Source of the DNA: Eledone cirrhosa
Taxonomy: Eukaryota
Assembly: GCA_964016885.1 (NCBI GenBank)
Contig: OZ024740.1
Location: 274,040,001 to 274,104,000, forward strand
Length of the DNA: 64,000 bases
Direction: 5' to 3'
Of the stretch, positions 27,139 through 40,510 are shown in pieces. The notes under the pieces are model-generated. The model ran no database searches. It worked only from the letters and a program-made list of their open reading frames with translations, and was not told the DNA's origin. The position numbers and the translations under genes were made by a program. Each line of letters starts with the position of its first letter. Position 1 is the first letter of the stretch.

Positions 27139-27223
27139 AGTGACATGTGTTTCGCTATTGATCAGCTCAAGGTTCTATATTTATCGATCTGACTCGATTC
27201 TGGAATCAAAAGCTCGTCGGACC
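27139..27223 (-). ncRNA. Degenerate hammerhead ribozyme with long helix II
   Basis: GGT CCGACGA GCTTTTGATT...GATCAATAGC GAAA CACATG TC^ACT. Core has U4->C. Related to 48316-48406. Confidence 0.5.
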
Positions 27224-28099
27224 TTCTGCTGTGGTAATGACAGGATGAACATATAGAGCTTAGACAACTATGGACACTATGTGTGAGAGCATGTGTGCAT
27301 GTACCGGTGTATACGCTATTCAATATAGCTGTGCAACAGCTATTTCATATATCCATCCACAAGCACATATATATGTATGTGTCTGTATCTGGTTATGTGT
27401 AGAGATATATACGTGTGTATATATATTTTATTTATATATATATATATATGAATGTGCGTCCATATATATATATATGGATGTGCGTGCATGTCTATGTGTA
27501 TGTGTGTACACATATTCTTTTCCCACAATATGTACTGCACTGGTGTTTCACTTAATTTAGCAACTTTTTCATTTATTTATTTATAGCCTTTCCAAATATT
27601 AACATCACCCCTTAATTCTTAATAGTACAAATAGCCCTTTAAGGATATAAATAGTTTACAGGAAAACCCCACCCCAAAACTAGGCTAAACTACTTTACCT
27701 ATCTTTATCCTTTTCCTTGTTCTCTCATCCCTCTCTGCCAAACCACTGACCAACAGAACCCTCCCCAGTACAGCACTGCACTCTTTCTTCTCCCATCACA
27801 CATAACCCATATTAATATCCACACTCACACCCAGCAACTTCACCTCACCACATACAAGCCACACTGTCTATGAAAAGTGAAAACACCACACACACCCCGC
27901 AACATCACTCTCTACCACCTCCTCATTATGATGCTTCCCCCACTTATCCCACATGCCAAAACATCACTTATAGCAAATCCGCCAATCAAAACAACATGAA
28001 CTGACCCCCCATAAATGAATGTGAATCATTACAGAGATCTCTATGCTCCATATGTTCATTATGTCTTTACCACAGCAGAGGTCCAACTAGCTTTTGCCA

Positions 28100-28465
28100 T
28101 TCGGAGTTCAAATCTCGCCGAGGTTAACTTTGCCTTTCATCCTTACGGGGTCGATAAAATAAAGTACCAGTAATGCACTGGTTAATTGCTGGCCTTGTGC
28201 CAAAAGTAGAAACAATTATTATTATTAAAATAAAGTGCACTGGGATATTTTCTGGCCTTGTGCCAAAAGTAGAAACAATTATTGAGTATCAGTAGAGGGT
28301 CGGAGGCCATGCTTTGACACATAGAGTTACGGCCCTTTCCATTCTGAGTTCAAATCAGGCCAAGGTTAACTTTCCCTTTCATCCTTACAGGGTCGATAAA
28401 ATAAAGTCCCAGTAATGCACTTGGTAATTGCTGGCCTTGTGCCAAAAAGTAGAAACAATTATTAT
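28100..28465 (+). mobile_element. Tandem SINE family A copies
   Basis: Repeated gccttgtgccaaaagtagaaacaattatt ends. Confidence 0.88.
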
Positions 28466-28478
28466 TATTATTATTATT

Positions 28479-30352
28479 CCTTGAATCTCAGTCATTGATG
28501 TTAGTTAACTGGATGGTCCGTTGGAATGAATATCAAGCCACTACCTGCAGCCTCAGATATTCAGGACGTATCGGAGGGTTCTTGCTGTTCCCAGCAAGCA
28601 TGCCTTTTGAAACGTTCCAAAAAGCGTGAAGGGGCCGATTTTCTTTAACCATCCCTGGAAACTTTTGGAGATAGTCCCCAGTGCGCCTATGACAATCGGG
28701 ATCACTTTGACTTCATGGCAGTTCCAAATCCTCTTTACCTCCCACTTTAAGTCCTGGTATCGGTTAATTTTCTCCTCTCCCTCTCTTGCACTCTCGTGTC
28801 GAATGGGCAGGCCACATCCACAAACAGACACGATCTTTTTTCTTTATCCACAACCACCAGGTCAGGTCTATTGTGTTCCAGTTTCTTGTCTGTCTGTATC
28901 CTAAAATCCCACAGTACCTTCACCTGATCGTGTTCTATCACCGCCTCTGGCTTATGCTCATACCATTTCTCAGAATGTGGTAAATTGTTTACTTTGCACA
29001 GGTGCCAGTGCATCACCCTGCCCATCACATCATGTCTCCAGCCCTTATAGTGGGTCTGGGCTAGGTGTTTACACTCGGATACAATGTGAGTCACAGTCTC
29101 TTCTCTCTCTCCACAGATCCTGCACAGTGGGCTAGCCTCCTCCTTGTAAATATGGTGTTTCAACCACTTCGTTTTGAGGGCCTGCTCCTGCGCAGCCATT
29201 AACATTCCTTCTGTAGCCTTTTTAAGGTCTTCTCTTCTCAACCAGTTCCATGTCTGTGGATCTCTAAATTCAGTTTTCTCAAAGAAGGTGCTATGAAGGG
29301 ATTTTTCCTGAAGGCTGCTCTTTCTCCTTTATGTTATTTCCTCCTTGGACATCCCCTGGCCTATTGTCCCCTCCTTCAGTACAGTTCTGAGCATTGGCTC
29401 CTTACTATCAGTCACGTATTTGTGTAGGTTGTTTTTCTCCATCTGAACACAGTCCTCTATGCTGATAAGACCTCTTCCACCCTCAGATCTCCTTAGGTAG
29501 AGTCTATCGACATCGCTCCTCTTGTGGAACATGTTGTAGATAGTCAATAGCTTCCTAGTCTTCCTATCCATTTCTTTTTGTTCAGCAACATTCCATCTCA
29601 GAATTCCCGCACTGTACCTAATAATAGACACAGCTCGGGAATTTACTGCGCTTATGGCATTTCTGCTGTTCAGATGTGACTTCAATACGCTCCTTACTCT
29701 CGGAATGTATTCAGTTCTTAACAATTCCTTCATTTTTTTGTTCTTTATGCCATCAGCCTCCAGAACGCCCAAATACTTGTATCCTTCCTCAGAGTCAATT
29801 TCCTTTATCATCTCACCTGTTGGTATCTGGATTCCGTTACTTCTGCTCAACCTACCCGTCCTCATCACAATGACTCCACACTTACTAATACCAAACTGCA
29901 TACATATATCACTGCTGAAAATACGGACAGTGTCAACAAGCACATCCAACTCCTTCTCACTCTTCCCGAAGAGCTTAAGATCGTCCATGAAGAGGAGGTG
30001 ATTGATGGTAAGCCCTCCCTTTCCAAACCTGTATCCTGCTCTCACTTTTCGCAGTACACTGGTCAGGGGCATCAGGGCAAGGACAAACAACAGAGGGGAC
30101 AGGCTATCTCCCTGGAAGATACCTCTCTTGATCTTCACGCTTCCCAAGGATTCTCCAGTTGATGTCAACTCTGTTTCCCAGGACCTCATACTCTTGCCCA
30201 ACAACTGTCTGATGTTATCTGCCACCTTGAAGATCTCCAGGCTTTTGGTGATCCAAGAATGAGGCACCATGTCAAATACCTTTCTGTAGTCTATCCATCC
30301 CATGGCAAGATCAGTGTGTCTCCTCCTACAATTCCCCATTACCATCTTATCA
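28479..30352 (-). mobile_element. 5'-truncated R4/Dong-clade LINE (RT + CCHC + RLE), copy 1
   Basis: WIDYRKVFDMVPH, GIFQGDSLSPLLF, HLLFMDDLKL, YKYLG, CRICGEREETVTHIVSEC, RHD, NRPDLVVVD, IPIVIGALG. Flanked by (TAA)n. Confidence 0.92.
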
Positions 30353-30388
30353 ATTATTATTATTATTATTATTATTATCATTATTATT

Positions 30389-32120
30389 GTTCTTTGAGTC
30401 TCAGTCATTGATGTTATTTAACTGGAAAGTTTATTGAAATGAATATCAAGCCGCTACCTGCAGCCTCAGATATTCAGGACGTATCAGAGGGTTCCCAGCA
30501 AGCATGCCTTTTGAAGTTTTTCAAAAAGCGGGGCTGGACTAACCTTCTTTAACCATCCTTGGAAACTGTTTGAGATAGTACCTAGTGCGCCTATGACAAT
30601 CGGGACGACCTTGACTTCATGGCAGTTCCAAATCCTTTTTTACTCCCACGTATTGGTTAATGTTCTCTCTCTCCTTCTCTTGCACTCTCATCTCAAATGT
30701 GCAGGCTACATCCACAATCAGGCACGATCTTTTTTCCTTGTCCAAAACTACCAGGTCAGGTCTATTATGTTCCAGTTTCTTGTCCGTCTGTATCCTAAAA
30801 TCTCATAGCACCTTCATCTGATCGTTTTCTATCACCGACTCTGGCTTATGCTCATACCCCTTCTCAGAATGTGGTAAATTGTTTACTTTGCATAGATGCC
30901 AGTGGATGACCCTGCCTATCACATCATGTCGCCAGTCTTTATAGTGAGTCTGGGCTAGGTGTTTACACTCGGATACAATGTGAGCCACAGTCTCTTCTCC
31001 CTCTCCACATATCCTACACAGTGAGCTAGCCTCATCCTCGAAAATATGGTGTTTCACCCACTTTGTTCTGAGGGCCTGCTCTTGCGCAGCCATTAGCATT
31101 CCTTCTGTAGCTTTTTTTATGTTCTCTTTTAAAACAGTTCCATGTATGTGGATCTCTAAATTCAGTTTTCCTAAAGAAGGTACTATGAAGGGATTTTTCA
31201 TGAAGGCTGCTCTTCCTCCTTGTTGTTATTTCCTCCGTGGTCATACCCTGGTCTATTGTCTTCTCCTTCAGTACAATTTTGAGCATTGGCTCCCTACTGT
31301 CATTCACGTATTTGTGCAGGTGTTTTTCTCCATCTGAACACAGTCCTCTATGGTGATAAGACCTCTTCCTCCTTCAGATCTCTTTAAGTAGAGTCTATCG
31401 ACATCACTCCTCTTGTGGAACATGTTGTAGATAGTCAATAGCTTCCTAGTCTTCCTATCCATTTCTTATTGTTCAGCAACATTCCATTTCAGAATTCCCG
31501 CACTGTACCTAATAATAGACACATCTCGAGTATTCACTGCACTTATGACATTCCTACTATTTAGATGTGATTTTAATACGCTCCTTTCTCTCCTTATGTA
31601 CTCAGATCTTATCAATTCCTTCATTTTTTTGTTTTTGATGTCATCTGCCTCCAGAACACCTAAATATTTGTATACTTCTTCAGTGTCAATTTCCTTTATC
31701 ATCTCACCTGTTGGTACCTGGATTCCGTTGCTTCTGCTCAATTTACCCCTCTTCATCACTAGGACTGATTAATACCACACTTATTAATACCAAATTCCAT
31801 ACATATATCATTGCTGAAAATACGGACCGTGTCAACAAGTACATCCAACTCCTTCTCACTCTTCCCAAAGAGTTTAAGATCGTCCATGAAGAGGAGGTGA
31901 TTGATGGTAAGCTCTCCTTTTCTGATCTCACTTTTTGCAGTATAATAGTCAGGGTATCAGGACAAGGACAAACAACAGAGGGGACAAACTATCTCTCTGG
32001 AAGATACCTCTCGATCTTCATGCCTCCCAAGGATTCTCCACCCGATGTTAACTCTGTTTCCCAGGACCTCCTACTTCTGCTCAACAACTGTCTGATGTTA
32101 TCTGCCACCTTGAAGATCTC
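30389..32120 (-). mobile_element. 5'-truncated R4/Dong-clade LINE, copy 2 (more decayed)
   Basis: Paralogous to copy 1 including the 3' UTR (tctcagtcattgatgtta...gcagcctcagatattcagg). (TAA)n on both sides. Confidence 0.9.
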
Positions 32121-32149
<29 letters not shown>

Positions 32150-32151
<2 letters not shown>

Positions 32152-32201
32152 GTGCTGTATTGTCTACTTTATGTAAACCCTTGTGGTTAATAAAGAAAGC
32201 A
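32150..32201 (+). mobile_element. 3' tip of a Tx1-like LINE in (ATT)n
   Basis: cccttgtggttaataaagaaagc resembles the 3' end at 7148-7171. Confidence 0.55.
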
Positions 32202-32422
32202 TTATTATTATGAATATTATTATTATTATTATTATTATTTTCCATGATTGCATTTGTCACACAGGTGTGATCCAGTCATGACCATATGTATGTATATACA
32301 TGTATATGTGTATGTGTACAGAGTGAGAGAACTGGTGGAGAGTCAAATATATATTTATGAATATATATATATATATATATACGATATTAACAAATGGAAA
32401 CTATAATTATAAAACAATATTT

Positions 32423-32485
32423 ATTTCATTATACATATTTCAAGGACACCAAGTTAAATTATGGTGTGCTTTCATCAGATAAAAT
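32423..32485 (-). ncRNA. Type I hammerhead ribozyme (left arm)
   Basis: ATTTTAT CTGATGA AAGcACACCA..TGGTGTcCTT GAAA TATGTA TA^ATGAAAT. Confidence 0.78.
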
Positions 32486-32608
32486 GTAATATAGATCAGT
32501 TTTATAAATAAATATTGACATACCTTTAAAGAATGGGAGCTTCCAACAGTAATGGTTGCATTATTTAAGGATATGTCAATATTTATTTATAAAACTGATC
32601 TATATTAT

Positions 32609-32671
32609 ATTTTATCTGAGGAAAGCACACCATAATTTAACTTGGTGTCCTTGAAATATGTATAATGAAAT
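32609..32671 (+). ncRNA. Type I hammerhead ribozyme (right arm)
   Basis: Same as the left arm but with core CTGAGGA. Predicted cut after 32664. Confidence 0.78.
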
Positions 32672-32884
32672 AAATATGGTTTTATAAATATAGTTTCCAT
32701 TTATTAATATCGTATTTTTACTCCAAATATTTGTTGAGTGCTTTACATCAGTTATAAAAATATTTGCTTGTTGTATCCCAACAATTTAAATAGAAATTTA
32801 CATATATATATATATATATTATTCAAAATATTAATAAATGGATACATTCACATAATCAAATATGTTTTATTATAGATATTCTAA

Positions 32885-33070
32885 GGCAGTGGATTGGCAG
32901 TATCGGTAGAGGGTCGAACGCCATGCTTTGACGTATAGAGTTACGGCCCTTGCCATTCTGAGTTCAAATCCCGCTGAGGTTAACTTTGCTTTTCATCCTT
33001 ACGGGGTCGATAAAATAAAGTACAAGTAATGCACTGGGTAATTACTGGCCTTGTGCCAAAAGTAGAAACA
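32885..33070 (+). mobile_element. SINE family A nested in palindrome arm
   Basis: Full consensus. Approximate TSD ttata(g/t)atatt. Confidence 0.9.
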
Positions 33071-33071
33071 T

Positions 33072-33127
33072 TTATATATATTTCGGAGGTACTGTGCTGT
33101 TTTTCAGTACGTCCTCATCAGATAAAA
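33072..33127 (-). ncRNA. Hammerhead ribozyme, helix I' separated by SINE insertion
   Basis: TTTTAT CTGATGA GGAcGTACTG..CAGTACcTCC GAAA TATATA TA then SINE sequence. Confidence 0.6.
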
Positions 33128-33217
33128 TACATAAATTGATGTATGACATACCTCAACTGTGCTGATGGTTCAATTCCAGTCTAGGCAGTTGAGGTATGTC
33201 ATACATCAATGTATGTA

Positions 33218-33277
33218 TTTTATCTGATGAGGACATACTGAAAACAGCACAGTACCTCCGAAATATATATAATAAAA
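33218..33277 (+). ncRNA. Type I hammerhead ribozyme
   Basis: TTTTAT CTGATGA GGAcaTACTG..CAGTAccTCC GAAA TATATA TA^ATAAAA. Canonical G10.1-C11.1. Predicted cut after 33271. Confidence 0.82.
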
Positions 33278-35091
33278 CATATATATTTGGATTATGTGAA
33301 TGTATCCATTTATTAATATTTTGAATAATATGAATAACTCCAGAAAACTTAAATGTTGAGTGCTTTTAATCTATTGTAAAACTATATTCATTAAATAATC
33401 AATGAACCTTGTTTAACATTTGGTTATATATATATATATAATTGCATATGTACATATATATATGTATATATTTATAGGGAGAGAGAGAGTGAATGTGAAA
33501 GAGAGACAAAGAGAGAGAATCACAAACTCACATATACACTTATATATATTTATGTGTGCATTCCTGTACATATATGTTTGTGGTGAGTATATCATATGAT
33601 AAAGATATTCTTGGATGTTGAATAAGACTTGAAGATTATCTTTATATTTTAATGTATTTCTTTACGTTTGTTTCCCCCTACCCCCTTTATTTCTCTATGT
33701 TCGGGTTCTAATATTTAAATATCCTAATACTTTTTGCCAAAACTTCTAAAAAGAAACTAAACTAAAAAAAAAAAATGAAAAAATATATAACAATGTTCTT
33801 GAAATGAGAAGTATTATAAAAAATATATAGTAATGAAATAAAGAAAAATAATTTAAAATATTTCACAAGAAAGAAACAAGTTAATGAAAATACGAAGTCG
33901 TTTTGAATAAACACTGTATTTTAGGAAATCTTAAAATGATTTGCCATTAAAAATGTCAAAATTGTTTCTATAGTTAGAGCTAGCAATCTTGCTGTACATT
34001 ATTAAACTATTTTTCTCTTGTCTTCTCTATGTTTCTCCTCGAGGCAGAATTTCGAACTTAAGCAGACCAGGCAGTATTGAATAGATTATTGCAGAGAATA
34101 ATGCATTTTTCAAAATGAAGGTCCAGCATTTTTATTTAAAGTATAATTTATAATTAAAGAGAAACTAGTTTTTCCATAACACTATCATCACCCCAATTCT
34201 ATTTTACTTTTTTCTTTATTTTTTATGGTCTGTTTAAGAAGAAAATAATTTAATCGCCAGAAGTTATCGTTCACCATCATTCATATAAATATATTTTAAT
34301 TATTATATATTGATTTCAAATTTCCTATATGATGAAGATAGATCTTTAAAAATATCATAGAATAAGTAATCCAAAGTGAGAAAGTGAAACAAAAAAATAT
34401 TACTTTCATTTTAATAGACTGTTTTCTGTCCTGCACGAGGAATCGGTGATGGGAAATAAACAAGAATAATGAAATAAATCAGAACTACCAGAGCTGTCTT
34501 GTATAATGAGATATTTCATTATCGGAATTGAAAGGGTTAAAAGATTTAGAATGAAAAGCTGAAAATATAATCTTAAAAAGATTATTATTAATTTCTAACA
34601 AAAACACATGGCTAAAAAATTTTTAAGATTTAGTTGATTATATTCACACCAGAACTTGACGAAGACTTAATATTTTCAACCCCATAAAGGTGAAAGGCAA
34701 AGATGATATCAACGAAATTTGAACTCAGGACATAAAGAGCCAGAACAAATATTGAAAAGCATTTTGACTGATGGTCTAATGATTCTGCCATTCTACCATA
34801 AATTGGAAGAAATCTAGAATGAAAATACAATAAAAATGGAATTTCCTCAAAAACGGTTAGAGTAAACTCATCAGATTTTGGTATACCAATAAAAAATATC
34901 TATATTCTTTTAATATGTCAAAGTGAGAATTAAATTAATGACACTCATTTTCTACATTCTGTATAAGAACCCAGTAATTGATGATAACTTGCTACTAGCC
35001 ATGAAACAGGTACTACTGATAAAAGAGTTATTAATACTCTGTAATACTGGTACAATGATACAATGAAGCATTATTATTATGATGGCAGTAT

Positions 35092-35880
35092 AGGCGGTGG
35101 ATTGGCAGTATCGGTAGAGGGTCGGACGCCATGCTTTGACGCATAGAGTTACGGCCCTTGCCATTCTGAGTTTAAATCCCACCGAGGTTAACTTTGCCTT
35201 TCATCCTTACGGGGTCGATAAAATAAAGTACCAGTAATGCACTGGGTAATTGCTGGCCTTGTGCCTAAAGTAGAAACAATTATTATTATGATGGCAGTAT
35301 CGGTAGAGGGTCGGACGCCATGCTTTCCAGCATAGTTACGTCCCTTTACGATCTGAGTTCAAATCCCGCCGAGGTTGACTTTGTCTTTCATCCTTACGAG
35401 GTCGATAAAATAAAGTACCAGTAATGCACTGAGTAATTGCTGGCCTTGTGCCTAAAGTAGAAACAATTATTATTATGATGGATTGGCAGTATCGGTAGAG
35501 GGTCGGACGTATGCTTTGACACATAGAGTTACGGCCCTTGCCATTTTGAGTTCTTTGATAAGACTTTGATCAGGTTAACTTTGATCAGGTTAACTTTGCC
35601 TTTCATCCTTACGGGGTCGATAAATAAAGTACCAGTAATGTACTGGGTAATTGCTGGCCTTGTGCCTAAAGTAGAAACAATTATTATTATAATGGCAAGA
35701 AGGGCAGTGGATTAGCAGTACTTGTAGTGTCGGACAACATGATTTGTGACATACAGTTATGACCCTTTATGTTTTGAGATTAGGTTTGCCTTTCATGCTT
35801 ATGGGTCGATAGAATAAAGTACCAGTAATACACTGGTGCGATTTAATTGTTGGCCTTGTGCATGACTCAGAAACCCTTAT
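35092..35880 (+). mobile_element. Head-to-tail array of SINE family A (4 copies)
   Basis: Repeated units separated by attattattatg. Confidence 0.92.
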
Positions 35881-36842
35881 TAAGATGACAAGGGAGTCAT
35901 AGCTGGTGCCCTGATATCATACAATGGATTAATTAACATAACCTTCCTATTTTTTTAATTTAATCCAGCTGTATTTGACTCTTACATTCCATAAAATCCA
36001 ATAAGTTTACTTGATGAATAAGAAAAAAATGTTTTAGATAAGGTCAGTGATGAACTCAAACCAGAAAGATTCTGAAATCATAGCAAAACAATATGAAGTC
36101 TAAGATTAAAGACATAATTATACCTGATGTCATTTAATCCCACTGCAGATGGAAGTCGAAGTTTAAGCATTTATGCATGACTTTTGCCAATCTAAATTGT
36201 GTAAGCCCCATTTTCAGTTTTTCAATTTCATTTTATTTAACTAAAAAACCAGAATCGCAGATATCTGGAGCCCTGTTTTTATAAAGGATTTGAGAAATAA
36301 TGAAAAAAATTGATATTGATATGAAATAATAATCACTTCTGAGTCGATAAGTTAAACACCAGACATATACTGTTGACCATAAATCTAAGCACCCCTCATG
36401 ATCTAAGCAATTGGCTTTATGCCTAAATAAGAAATAATTGCATGCGATCAATCCTTTTAATGATGCAGAAGATTGGCGAAAGCTGGTGTAGGTAGTGCTC
36501 CCTTTGATGTGGGAAATATTAATGATGTAGTAGGAATATATAGAAAGGATTGCAGTTACAGAGAGGTGTAGGGCTTTCAGTAGTTGAATGTGGAATGTAG
36601 GGGTTGCATATATAAATATTTGTTCTTTAAATAAAGGTCTCACTGATGACAATAGATTGAAGGAAAGGGAAATAAGGAGACAGAATGAAAGTAAAATTGA
36701 AAATCATATGTAAATATATACAAACACACACACAAACACACATAGACAAACAGTAACACAGACACACAGAGACACACTCACTCACACACACAAACACAAC
36801 ACACACACAACACACACACACACACACACACGGACACACACA

Positions 36843-36887
<45 letters not shown>

Positions 36888-38328
36888 GTGGAATAAATAA
36901 GTAACAAAAGAAAAGTTTTGAAAGGTTAGATATATATTGGGCTTCAGCCAGCAATTTCAGAGTTCCAGAAGGCTCTTTATAGTTATAGTTAAAGGGGCAA
37001 TAATAAGACGCATTTCAATAATGTGCCAAAATCTGAAGGTTAATAAAAATGGTAGGTAAGTCCATCGGGCTAACAGAGAAATTATAGTAAACATTCTTGA
37101 GTACTTGTTCTAATGCCTGAGTTTAGTTATTCATATATTTCAGTAAGGTATCACTATTTGGACTGATTATATTTTTTAACACTACTTGTTCTGATTATAT
37201 TTTCAACAGACATAGATTACCAGTGATTAGATACAAGACAAGTATTTAGAAGAGTAGATAACTAGGTGAGCTGGGTGCATACATTCGAATCCTGGTTCAA
37301 TTTATTTCAATACATGAGAATGCTATGTAGAAAAAAATTTACACACCACATTAAGTTAATCAATAAAAGAATAATATGTAGAAAAAATTACATGCACAAA
37401 TAATCCATGTTAGCTACTAAGAAAATAACTTAATCATCATCATTGCCATGTTAACGTCTGCTTTTTAATCCTAGCAAGGGTTTGAAGGGTCTACATAGAT
37501 CAAGTGTGTACTGAAGCAGTGGCTAGAGATATCCCAGATAAGCTAGGATATGTACAGTTTTCATTGTAAGTATTAAAGTTTGCTAGATGCAGCAAATTGA
37601 CAGATTTGTTAGGACATCAGATAGCTGGCATTGTGGTATTCATAATAGGTCTTGGCTGACTGAGTTCAAATCCCACTGAAGTCAACTTTGACTTTCATCC
37701 AGATGAGGTCGATAAAAAGAACCAGTTTAGTACTGGGGTCAACTCTTTCCCTATATCGCCTTCTCACATTCTTTCTCACTCTCTATCGTTCTCTGAAAAG
37801 AAATCTGCTGTATTCAGACGTGGAGAGGTGATGGGCTCTGCCAGGTTTTAAAATACCCGAAGAAATGCTGTATATCAATATGGTATGTAACTCAAAGGCC
37901 TCATACATTCATCCGCAGAAACAGCGTGTTCAATGGAAGTGGTAATTTCCTTACTACGCTATGTCCTAAGTTGGGTGACTCCATTCTTTAAACACACACA
38001 CTTACATTTATATGTATATACACACACATCCACACACACACACATATATATATATAGAGATAGATATGAAAGACGTAAAATAAGAAAATTATAAAAATTA
38101 ACTTACTTACTAAAATTTCACTCCAACTAATTAGTTTCTGAAAGGGAATAAACATGGTTTCCGATCGGAACAACATGGAGAAAAGTCCTTTCGTCATCAG
38201 GGAGATCTATTCTCAGCTAAGTTCCCAGGCAATGCGTGGACACAGGGAACTTATACAAAAATAATTCAGTGGATGGAAAAAAGCGAGCAAGGACTAAATT
38301 CCAGGACATTGAAAAAATCACTGCCTAT

Positions 38329-38373
<45 letters not shown>

Positions 38374-39066
38374 AAGATAGATATAAGTGAGTATGAGTAG
38401 AATGGACCCCCCCCCCCTTACACACACACATACGCACGCGCACGAGCACGCACACACACACACACATATATATATCTTTATGCATATATGCATATGTGTT
38501 TGTATGTATTGAATACATACAATGAGCTTCTGGACAGTTTCCCCACAACCAAATTTCAAATATGTTAAACTAAGTTATAAAGAGAATACACGCAAGTTGC
38601 TGTATGAAGTCATAGATCATGTAAGTAAATTGTTGCAAACAGAAAACTTTTAACTTCAAATTCTTATCTGTGTCACTTATTGAGGCTATTCACGATTGCA
38701 GAATTCTTCAGTATAGGTTAATAATTTAATCTTTTTTTAGTATCCTGTAACTCTTGATGGAGTTGCAAGGGTTTCATTGCAGTATATACAGCATTTCTTG
38801 GGAATTGTTTAAGCCTGGCAGAGCCTATCTCCTCTCTATGTGTAAAGACAGAAGATTCCTTCCAGAAAAGGATATATTGCGAGAGAGATATAGAGGAAAC
38901 TCGACCCTAGTATTAAACTCGTATATTTCTCTCAACACCAAAAGGATGAAAGGCAAAATTGGTCTTGGTAGGATTTTAACTTAGAGAGCAGAAAACGGAA
39001 ATGAATACTACAGAGTATTCTATCAGATATTCTCATGACTCTGCCAATTCTCCACCTTAAGTTTAT

Positions 39067-39258
39067 TGTGGATTGGCAGTATCGATAGAGGGTGGGACGC
39101 TATGCTTTGACACATAGAGTTACAGCCCTTACCATTCTCAGTTCGAATCCCGCCGAGGTTAACTTTGCCTTTCATCCTTAAAGGGTTGATAAAATAAAGT
39201 ACCAGTAATGCACTGGGTAATTGCTGGCCTTGTGCCAAAAATTAGAAACAATTATTAT
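39067..39258 (+). mobile_element. SINE family A
   Basis: Consensus match. Confidence 0.9.
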
Positions 39259-39879
39259 TTAGGCCCCAATCTGCCTATATTACGTAGATGAATGTTCAAA
39301 TATATTCCAACCATTACTGTTTCATCTTTATTTATTTACTTTTGTTTCAAGCATAATATATCTATTTCAAACTGGTGATTGCAAATTTAGGGGGATTAAT
39401 CTTTTTGAGACCAGTCTGTCTGAAACAGTAAATCATAATTTTATTTAAAAGTCTGTTGTAAGTGATGTTTCAAACTTCAGCATACTAATGAAAATGTTTA
39501 TTAAATTCCATCAAATTTTTGATTATTTAACAAATTAATTAAGACATATAAACAATGTATTTTATGAGAAATACAGTATCAAAAAGGTTAAGCAGATATT
39601 TCTGGTGTTTATGTCTGTCTGAATGTTTGGATGTGATTGAACAAGTTATGGATGGGAATGTCAAGGTGACAGAATATATATATAATGTATTGATCTCAAT
39701 TGTTATCCAATAATCTATCAATACTCTAGGGTAGACATCCATTTGGTAAAAGCAAAAACATGGGGTAGGTGATAAATATGAAGAAAGTATTATAACAACA
39801 ATAACTCCAGTAGCAGTGAAGAAAGAATTGATATAGACACCAACTTATTTTTATTTCACAGACACAATGGTTCCATAGA

Positions 39880-40510
<631 letters not shown>

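Larger units (their letters stand above)
32380..32800. mobile_element. Fold-back hammerhead element (palindrome 32380-32714 plus 3' tail), Penelope-like non-autonomous
   Basis: Arms of about 150 bp. Tail actcc...gttgagtgcttt...gttgtatcccaacaattt. (TA)n on both sides. Confidence 0.7.
32818..33415. mobile_element. Fold-back hammerhead element interrupted by a SINE
   Basis: Arms 32818-32880 + 33071-33150 versus 33186-33330. Tail actccag...gttgagtgctttt. Confidence 0.7.
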
